Sequence record: OZ196285.1
Length of the DNA: 64,000 nt
Reading direction: 5' to 3' (one strand)
A model generated the notes under the pieces. That model was not told the origin of the DNA. It did no database searches and saw only the letters and a list, made by a program, of their open reading frames with translations. Below, in pieces: positions 57,486 to 64,000 of the stretch. Made by a program: the position numbers and the translations under genes. Each line of letters begins with the position of its first letter. Position 1 is the stretch's first letter.

Positions 57486-57660
57486 TCTCGGTGACGTGAC
57501 AATGCCAGCCTTATACATGAAAGAAGAACATGCCAATAAGGTGCTATACAAAAACGACTTGGATAAACAGTGCTACGTAGCACCTGTTAAGCCTGAAATT
57601 TACATAATGGGAAGTGAGAATGATTCTAACGATTCTAAATCAACTAGCAGCAACGACTAA
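57436..57660 (+). CDS. Hypothetical protein
   Basis: GAGGA RBS; overlaps both neighbours. Confidence 0.4.
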   Translation: MMFAILMKSNHEVAIIDLGDVTMPALYMKEEHANKVLYKNDLDKQCYVAPVKPEIYIMGSENDSNDSKSTSSND

Positions 57661-58954
57661 GCGTACTGAGAAAGAGAAAATCATCAAGAGCGAAGTTGAT
57701 AATGAACTATTGAAGCGCGTGTTTCAACTAGCATACACGCCAACGTATCAGTACAACATGAAGAAACTACCTGAAGTTGAGCCAACTACGATTCATGAAA
57801 ATTTCTTAACGCCTCTTGATGTAGCACTCGAACAAGTGTACGAAACGCTTGTCGTAAATCAAGTGCGCGGTGGGTCTGCACAAACATTCTTGTCTGAAGT
57901 TCTAATGAGCGTGTCGCAAGAAGACGCTGAAGTAATTAGACGTGTTGTTCTGAAAGATCTACGAACTGGTTGTACTGGCGGTACTGCAAACAAAGTGTGG
58001 AAAAAGCTGATTCCCGAACAGCCGCAAATGCTTGCATCATCTTACAAAGAAAATCTAGTTGATGCAATTTTGGAAGCTCTAGCGTATGCTGAACTGAAAG
58101 CCGATGGTGCTCGATGCTTCGCGCATGTAGATGCGGACAATAACGTGACAATGACATCGCGTAACGGTAAATCGTACACGGGTCTGTTGAAGATTGAGAA
58201 ATCTATCAAGTCAATGGAATGTCAGCGATTCGTGATTGATGGTGAACTTGTATACGCCCCGAATGGATTGCATTCAGTTGAAGACCGTTCGACAGGTAAC
58301 GGTATCGTCAATAAAGCAAGCAAAGGCACTATCTCACTACAAGAACAAGATCACATCGTTTTCCAAGTATGGGATATCATCCCAGAAGACGTGTACTTTG
58401 GCGTGAGCAATGAGCTGAACATGCCGTATCGTTTACGCAAGCAAGTGTTAGCCGATGCGGCTGCAAACGCTGTTGATATTGAGCCGATTCCGTGGACAAC
58501 TGTTTCGACAAAAGAACAAGCAAGTGAAGTCTACAATGAATACGTAGCGCAAGGTCTAGAAGGCATCATTCTGAAAGACCCTGAAGCACTATGGGAAAAC
58601 AAGCGAAGCAAGGCGCTTGTCAAGTACAAAGAAGTACATGATGGTGATTTAGAAGTCATTGGCGTAATTGAAGGTGACAAGAAGAACAAAGGCAGAATGG
58701 GAGCATTGTTGCTTCGTTCAGCATGTGGTCGTCTTATCACAAAAGTTGGTAGTGGCTTCAGTGACGCACAGCGCATCGAGTTCTGGGAACGTCGCGACGA
58801 GCTGATCGGCTGTATCGTTGAAATCAACTACAACGCGATCACGAAAGCTCGAAACAAAGAGACGTGGTCATGCTTCTTGCCAATCTTCGTTCAGATTCGC
58901 GACGACAAAGACGTTGCAAACACGCTTGAAGACATGAGCGGTTACAAAGGGTAA
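57614..58954 (+). CDS. 30: ATP-dependent DNA ligase
   Basis: ELKADGAR, IDGELV, EGIILK, KVGSG, FLPIF. Confidence 0.97.
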   Translation: MRMILTILNQLAATTKRTEKEKIIKSEVDNELLKRVFQLAYTPTYQYNMKKLPEVEPTTIHENFLTPLDVALEQVYETLVVNQVRGGSAQTFLSEVLMSVSQEDAEVIRRVVLKDLRTGCTGGTANKVWKKLIPEQPQMLASSYKENLVDAILEALAYAELKADGARCFAHVDADNNVTMTSRNGKSYTGLLKIEKSIKSMECQRFVIDGELVYAPNGLHSVEDRSTGNGIVNKASKGTISLQEQDHIVFQVWDIIPEDVYFGVSNELNMPYRLRKQVLADAAANAVDIEPIPWTTVSTKEQASEVYNEYVAQGLEGIILKDPEALWENKRSKALVKYKEVHDGDLEVIGVIEGDKKNKGRMGALLLRSACGRLITKVGSGFSDAQRIEFWERRDELIGCIVEINYNAITKARNKETWSCFLPIFVQIRDDKDVANTLEDMSGYKG

Positions 58955-58959
58955 AACAG

Positions 58960-58993
58960 AAAGGTAGCTTCGGCTACCTTTTTTGTATAAATA
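58960..58993 (+). terminator. Terminator followed by late promoter TATAAATA (58986-58993)
   Basis: GGTAGC-TTCG-GCTACC-T6, then exact late consensus. Confidence 0.85.
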
Positions 58994-59014
58994 CTTTCAT
59001 TTAGAGAGAACGCA

Positions 59015-59884
59015 ATGATTATTTTCGAAGAGACGCTATTACCCGAAGCGTTCACCCGCCCAGCCAAATACGATTGGATAACAGACGACGAGATTTTCTT
59101 CGAAGTTGGTGACACTCAGTATCGCGCTGTTCTAAGAACATCAACTGACTCAATGGGCTTGGGCATGGACTTGTCATTTCAGTATCGCGATGAATCAGGT
59201 CAATGGTCGTACAAGCTGAAGAAAGGTGGTGATGGTAAAGATGCAATGACCGTACTTGCTACTATATTGACTGCAAGTGAAGAGCGCGTGAAGCTAATGC
59301 AACCAGACGTGATTACGTTCAGTGCATTTTCAGACGAAGACGATGCTGACGCTAGAAAGCGTTTTAAACTATACAAGCGCATGGCTGAACGTTACGCTAA
59401 GAAAGTCGATTATACGCTGATAGTGAATCATAGAAGCTTCATTTTACGCAATAACAACCCGAATATTGTTCGCAGACTGCCGAATGACGGTATCAAGCGT
59501 GACGAAGAGCTGCAATACGTTGTGTTTCCGAAGTCAAACCAATTTACCTGGGCTACGCTATTCGGTGCTGAACGCGATGGTGATTTCGTTATGCCGCGCT
59601 TCACGAATGGCTTTGCTATGATTAAGCGTGTGAACAATGACCTAGTTGAGATACAAGTATCGAACAAGAAGTCACTTGATCAATCGGACACGTGGAAAGA
59701 GATTTTAGGCTCGCTATACGTGACAGCATCATATAAGCCAGAACCATTTGAAATGTTAGAAAGGGCATCGATGTTAGAAGATGGTCGAATGATTATTTTA
59801 GACGGAACGACGCTGTTCATCGTTGAGAACGTCAATGATTTCGAGAACATCTGGGGTTATACGTTCGTAGAGATTAAGAAATAA
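59015..59884 (+). CDS. Late hypothetical protein, probably capsid-packaged
   Basis: Late promoter; MIIFEE N-terminus; domain shared with 15125-16099. Confidence 0.7.
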   Translation: MIIFEETLLPEAFTRPAKYDWITDDEIFFEVGDTQYRAVLRTSTDSMGLGMDLSFQYRDESGQWSYKLKKGGDGKDAMTVLATILTASEERVKLMQPDVITFSAFSDEDDADARKRFKLYKRMAERYAKKVDYTLIVNHRSFILRNNNPNIVRRLPNDGIKRDEELQYVVFPKSNQFTWATLFGAERDGDFVMPRFTNGFAMIKRVNNDLVEIQVSNKKSLDQSDTWKEILGSLYVTASYKPEPFEMLERASMLEDGRMIILDGTTLFIVENVNDFENIWGYTFVEIKK

Positions 59885-59915
59885 AAAAGGGAGCTAAATG
59901 CTCCCTTTTTCAGGT
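59880..59915. terminator. Bidirectional terminator (inverted copy of 20557-20592)
   Basis: 36/36 nt identical to the reverse complement of 20557-20592. Confidence 0.9.
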
Positions 59916-61604
59916 TTACGGTTTCAGTGACTTGCTGAACTTAACACGCGAACTCTCAGGCATCTTGTTGTCACCTGCTAGGAGAACAGTTGCTAGTGAT
60001 TCAAGCTCTTGTAAGCGTTCTTGTTTACGTTGAACCCCCACAATACTTTCACTGTAAGCTCCGCTATCACGTACACTCAGTCGGATGATTGCGTGCGACG
60101 CGTCTTCGTCCATTTGAATCACGTCTGCTTCGAATACCGTATTACGATTGACGATGAATTCGTTCTCACCCATTTGACCATTACGACCCGGAACGTAAAC
60201 CGGTAGACCGTCAGGCTCAATGATGAATACTACGCTCATTTTAGCACCATCAATGATTGCGTCTGACATCACTTGTTTGTTGTCAGTGCGCCCTTTGAAT
60301 AAAAGTCTATGACTAGAACATTCAGCAAATTCAATCGCAATCAGTGGGTCAATAGACGTACTCATGAACGCTGTTGATGCGAATAAGCCAGTTTGTAGAA
60401 TGCTACGAACATCACTGCCGCGCATTTCTAAGCCGCGATATAGAGTCGGTGCAGGTTGAATGTTGTGAGCTAGTACGCCCGCTTGTTCAAACGCCTCATC
60501 AATATCGGTGATGATTTTGTGTGTCTTATCGTCGCCTTTACCAGTCAGTAGATGTTGATTTACATTCCAGTCTTGTGCGCCAGTGTATCGAGCAACTGAG
60601 CCTTGAACTTCAGGTGTTACGTCAGCCCATGCAGGTGTTTGTTGTAACTGAACTGATAGACGATTGTACACGTTTTCATATTCGAGTGACTTCACTTGCA
60701 GTGTAGCCGTGATAATGCGCTTAACTGCGTCTTCGTGCTTTTCTGGTACAGCGTCAATCGACGGTGCAAGACGTTCAGAGATTGTCATCAAGTCAACTGG
60801 CAAGTCGATAGTACCAAGAGCTACACGAGCAAGTGCCGCAGCTTCAGGTGACATAAGGCTAGTCGCTTCGTCTTCTAGACGTCGACGATACACACGAGCA
60901 TTAACCGGCTCATTCGTTGGCATGATCATTGGGTCATTGGTAACGCGACGTGCCGGCGTTTCTTCGATCCATTCAGCTTTCACTTCGTCATGAAACTCTT
61001 CGAATCCCGGTACCATATCAGCAGTCACAATGATTGCTTTCTTAGTTGAGATATCGCCTTCTTTTGTCATCTTAGCTGCAATCTGGTTGATTGTGTCTGT
61101 TGACTCAAGAAGCTTGTCAGTGTTGTACCCTGGCTTATTGATAACGAAGAAGCTGTAATCTTCAGCCATTTCAGCGTCACCAACGTTCAAGATTTTAGTC
61201 GTTTCGCAGCCGTAACGCAGTTTGCGGAACAACGTTTTAACGCGCATGTCGAAAATCTTACCACTGCCTTTCTTTTGCACGCGCATCGACACAGCGTTAG
61301 CACGTACTTTCAGCATGAATTCCTGAACGAGTTTAACAAGAGTTTCTTGGAACTTTTGTTGATCGCCCATATCGCGAATAGTCAGCCCGCCTTTCTTACC
61401 GCGCATTGCAGTAACAGTACAGAACCACGTACGCTTAGTGCGGTCACCTAGACCTGTTTTTGTTTTTGTAGTAAACGTCACCACAACATCTTTAGTTTCA
61501 CCTTGCATGTCGATCACAAAGTATCTGTCAACTTTAGTAGAACGAGCAGGGTAATAATTGTATGTTGAGGCAGTCGTTTCGTTTAATTCTTGAAATCCAA
61601 TCAT
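59916..61604 (-). CDS. alt: Alt-like ADP-ribosyltransferase
   Basis: YTG, LYRG, FMSTS, ENE R-S-E motifs; start MIGFQELNE at 61604; CATAAATA at 61636-43 (-); next to gene 30. Confidence 0.85.
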   Translation of the reverse strand: MIGFQELNETTASTYNYYPARSTKVDRYFVIDMQGETKDVVVTFTTKTKTGLGDRTKRTWFCTVTAMRGKKGGLTIRDMGDQQKFQETLVKLVQEFMLKVRANAVSMRVQKKGSGKIFDMRVKTLFRKLRYGCETTKILNVGDAEMAEDYSFFVINKPGYNTDKLLESTDTINQIAAKMTKEGDISTKKAIIVTADMVPGFEEFHDEVKAEWIEETPARRVTNDPMIMPTNEPVNARVYRRRLEDEATSLMSPEAAALARVALGTIDLPVDLMTISERLAPSIDAVPEKHEDAVKRIITATLQVKSLEYENVYNRLSVQLQQTPAWADVTPEVQGSVARYTGAQDWNVNQHLLTGKGDDKTHKIITDIDEAFEQAGVLAHNIQPAPTLYRGLEMRGSDVRSILQTGLFASTAFMSTSIDPLIAIEFAECSSHRLLFKGRTDNKQVMSDAIIDGAKMSVVFIIEPDGLPVYVPGRNGQMGENEFIVNRNTVFEADVIQMDEDASHAIIRLSVRDSGAYSESIVGVQRKQERLQELESLATVLLAGDNKMPESSRVKFSKSLKP

Positions 61605-61695
61605 TTTTAAACTCGCCTTTAGAGAAATATACCTGTATTTATGAGGGTGCATAACACCCGTATTTAACTATTTAAACATTTTTTGTAGAAAGTGG

Positions 61696-61724
61696 TTGCA
61701 CGATAGTTCGAATTTGCCTAATAT
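61696..61724 (+). promoter_or_regulatory. Early promoter
   Basis: GG-TTGCAC-17-TAATAT then CTCAACGAAAC and a GAGAGAATATTATG RBS. Confidence 0.8.
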
Positions 61725-61766
61725 CTTTCTCAACGAAACAAAACAACTTCACACAGAGAGAATATT

Positions 61767-62273
61767 ATGAACGCACAGAACATGACTAACGAACAAATCG
61801 CTGCTCACTTCGACATGACCGTAGATACAACTGGTATGCCTTACGCATACGATGCAAAAGGTCGTCGTCATTTCATCACTGATTTGCGTACTCGTGTTCG
61901 TAAAGAAGCAACTAAGAAGAAAGCACGCAAAGTTGCAGCAGAAAAAGCTCCAAAGGTGAGTGCTGAAGAGCTTCTAGCTGAACTGCAAGTATCGTCAGAC
62001 GATGCATGGGCAATTCGCGAGTCTCAACCTGGGTTTGACGTTGAATCGCTTGGCATGAACGTGTACATCACTGCGGGTTACGAAGACAAACATCGCCTTA
62101 TGATTCGCTCAAGTGTTGTTACACTGAAGGAAATCGAGCGCGAATTCGGTCATATGCGTATCAACTCTCAAAAAGAAGCTGTTCATCGCAACAAAGCAAC
62201 AATGATTGTTTCTGGTCTTTCTGTGAAAGAAATCGTCGATACAATTGAACAATTCAAAGTTCTTAGCAATTAA
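61767..62273 (+). CDS. Early hypothetical basic protein
   Basis: Strong RBS, Lys/Ala-rich linker. Confidence 0.75.
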   Translation: MNAQNMTNEQIAAHFDMTVDTTGMPYAYDAKGRRHFITDLRTRVRKEATKKKARKVAAEKAPKVSAEELLAELQVSSDDAWAIRESQPGFDVESLGMNVYITAGYEDKHRLMIRSSVVTLKEIEREFGHMRINSQKEAVHRNKATMIVSGLSVKEIVDTIEQFKVLSN

Positions 62274-62289
62274 TGTGAACTAAATCACA
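62274..62289. promoter_or_regulatory. CRP-like box
   Basis: TGTGA-ACTAAA-TCACA with AT-rich flanks. Confidence 0.6.
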
Positions 62290-62301
62290 AAAAAGTAGCT
62301 T

Positions 62302-62337
62302 TCGGGTATTGACTCTAACACAGTAATACCCGATAAT
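62302..62337 (+). promoter_or_regulatory. Early promoter with a 9-bp inverted repeat
   Basis: TTGACT (62309)-17-GATAAT (62332); arms at 62302-10 and 62325-33. Confidence 0.75.
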
Positions 62338-62383
62338 AGACACATCAAAACGAAACACACAAACTACTTAAAGCGAGAACATT

Positions 62384-63190
62384 ATGACAATCACTAAACA
62401 AGAAATGACAGCAATCGCACTTGACCTTATGTCTGGTAACAACTTAATGCAACGTGACCTACTTGCTGAAGGTTGGGTATTTGGTTGGTCAACTCGCACT
62501 GCTGCACTAGGTGATTGTTCATACCGCGATAAAGAGATTCGTCTTTCTTCAAAGTTTCTGAATGCACGTACTAAAGAAGAGCAAATCAACACAATCACTC
62601 ACGAAATGGCTCACGCAATCGCATGGACTGATTTCAACGAACGTGGTCACGGTGCTATCTGGAAACGTGTTCATCGTCAACTTGGTGGTAATGCCGAGCG
62701 TTGTTCAACAGTTAGCAACCCTGAAGCAGTTGAAAGCAAATACACGGTGTTCTTCATCAACGCTAACGACGAAATCGAAGTGATTCAAACAACTGAGCGT
62801 ATGACTCGTAAGTTTCGCCCACAAAACATCAAAACACTATACTTGGGCCGCCGTAAAGCTGAAACTCAAGGTAAGATTCGCTGTGTAGCTACATCGACTT
62901 TCAAATCAATCAAAGCTGATCATGAAGCATCTAAAGCATCTAAAGCTGCTCCCGTTGCTGCACCTGCTCCTAAGAAAGTAGAAAAGAAAGCTGCACCTGC
63001 TAAGAAAACAACTGCACGTGGTGAAGCTGCACGACGCGAAATCGAAGCACATGTAACAGCAACAATGGGCTTCTCAAACGTATCATTCGAACAGCGTGGC
63101 AAGTACAAAGACTGGTACATCACTGCAACAGTAAACGGTAACATGTTTGAGCAACGTCTAGACGCATTCAAAAAGAAAAACGGTTTATAA
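62384..63190 (+). CDS. SprT-like zinc metalloprotease
   Basis: THEMAHA HExxH, HGAIWK; Ala/Lys/Pro-rich linker and small C-terminal domain. Confidence 0.85.
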   Translation: MTITKQEMTAIALDLMSGNNLMQRDLLAEGWVFGWSTRTAALGDCSYRDKEIRLSSKFLNARTKEEQINTITHEMAHAIAWTDFNERGHGAIWKRVHRQLGGNAERCSTVSNPEAVESKYTVFFINANDEIEVIQTTERMTRKFRPQNIKTLYLGRRKAETQGKIRCVATSTFKSIKADHEASKASKAAPVAAPAPKKVEKKAAPAKKTTARGEAARREIEAHVTATMGFSNVSFEQRGKYKDWYITATVNGNMFEQRLDAFKKKNGL

Positions 63191-63208
63191 GATTTACGAG
63201 TAGAGCAT

Positions 63209-63229
63209 AGCCCCGAAAGGGGCTTTTTT
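63209..63229 (+). terminator. Intrinsic terminator
   Basis: AGCCCC-GAAA-GGGGCT-T tract. Confidence 0.88.
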
Positions 63230-63252
63230 AGGTTTGAGGCTCGAAAATTGGG

Positions 63253-63308
63253 CATCATCTTAGTAGAATTAGTGCTCTTAGTGATATTAGAGTAATTAGG
63301 AGTATTAG
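63253..63308 (+). repeat. Six TTAG direct repeats at an exact 9-nt period (copy B)
   Basis: TTAG at 63260, 63269, 63278, 63287, 63296, 63305. Confidence 0.9.
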
Positions 63309-63337
63309 TTTAACGCACCCCGTATCTGTCATATAAT
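63309..63337 (+). promoter_or_regulatory. Promoter downstream of repeat array B
   Basis: TTTAAC-17-TATAAT. Confidence 0.65.
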
Positions 63338-63357
63338 AGATGTCGAGGTGATGAACA

Positions 63358-63597
63358 ATGATAACAATCTATACAATTCCTAACTGTGACGGCTGCCGTC
63401 ACGCCATTTCCCTCTGTAAGTTCAAGAAAATTCCATTCGAAGAAATCGTCATACAGTCTCAAGCTGACATCGACAAGCTTCATATTAAACTAGGTGGAGT
63501 GCGCAACGTTCGCGTACCATTAGCGATGCATGGCGACGTTTACATCGGGCATCTGCCAGAGCTTAAACGTTACGTTGATAGCAAGCTGTATAAATAA
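63358..63597 (+). CDS. Glutaredoxin (NrdH/NrdC-like)
   Basis: IYTIPNCDGC, VP, YIG. Confidence 0.85.
   Translation: MITIYTIPNCDGCRHAISLCKFKKIPFEEIVIQSQADIDKLHIKLGGVRNVRVPLAMHGDVYIGHLPELKRYVDSKLYK
63589..63596 (+). promoter_or_regulatory. Late promoter TATAAATA
   Basis: Exact consensus upstream of gene 24. Confidence 0.8.
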
Positions 63598-63654
63598 AGT
63601 AAATCAAGTACATTCTTCCGCTGAAATGCGGCAATAAATTAAAGGAACGAACAA

Positions 63655-64000
63655 ATGACTGTATCTATCGGTAACGGTTTACCAGACATTGTGGCAGTTC
63701 AGAAAAAGCTTTATCCGTTGATTTTTACGGACATCGTTTCAGAACAACCAACAAAACAACCAATCGCAACTGCATATGGATTCAAAGCGTCTGAAGACAC
63801 TGACGATTCAAGTGATTGGAAAGCATTCAAGTTTACACTAGACCGCTGGGCAGCTAAAGTCGAATCGACAAAGCTAAAAACTGAAATTTCATTAGAAACT
63901 ATTCAAGACCTTGAAGCTCTTGGGTTGAGTGTCGACCTAATCACTGAGTCACTTGCTGATCAAGTCGCTGATGACATCAACACAACAATCGTAGAATCGT
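63655..64000 (+). CDS. 24: Capsid vertex protein, 5' part (runs off the window; absent from the ORF track)
   Basis: LIFTDIVSEQPTKQPIATAYGFK, KLKTEISLETIQDLEA, LADQVADDIN resemble T4 gp24. Confidence 0.85.
   Translation, partial: MTVSIGNGLPDIVAVQKKLYPLIFTDIVSEQPTKQPIATAYGFKASEDTDDSSDWKAFKFTLDRWAAKVESTKLKTEISLETIQDLEALGLSVDLITESLADQVADDINTTIVES

Overview
This is a 64-kb segment of a large lytic T4-like myovirus (Straboviridae). Gene content and order (CCA-adding enzyme after gene 23, Sir2, fused topoisomerase 39+60, short gp24) most resemble the Vibrio KVP40/nt-1 group; that assignment is from recall, not a search. The window runs from terminase, tail sheath/tube, portal and head genes (17-23) through an accessory late/early block, uvsW/uvsY, the long tail fibre genes 35/34, a replication and nucleotide-metabolism block (rnh, dsbA, 33, 59, 32, frd, uvsX, 40, 41, nrdD/G, 61, dut, dexA, td, 39, 30) and alt, to the start of gene 24. 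I saw no tRNA genes, CRISPR arrays, introns or inteins. The strongest unexplained signals are: (1) two copies, 41 kb apart, of an insulated promoter preceded by six TTAG repeats at an exact 9-nt period, one of them the uvsY promoter, which is a replication origin in T4; (2) near-consensus CRP boxes at identical spacing upstream of two early promoters; (3) a late three-gene island in the early region (nuclease-like, HIGH-motif nucleotidyltransferase-like, major-capsid N-arm mimic) gated by a hairpin that hides the ribosome-binding site; (4) a truncated type IV prepilin; (5) a head-fibre candidate with tandem foldon motifs and several putative capsid-packaged proteins. All homology calls come from motifs read by eye.
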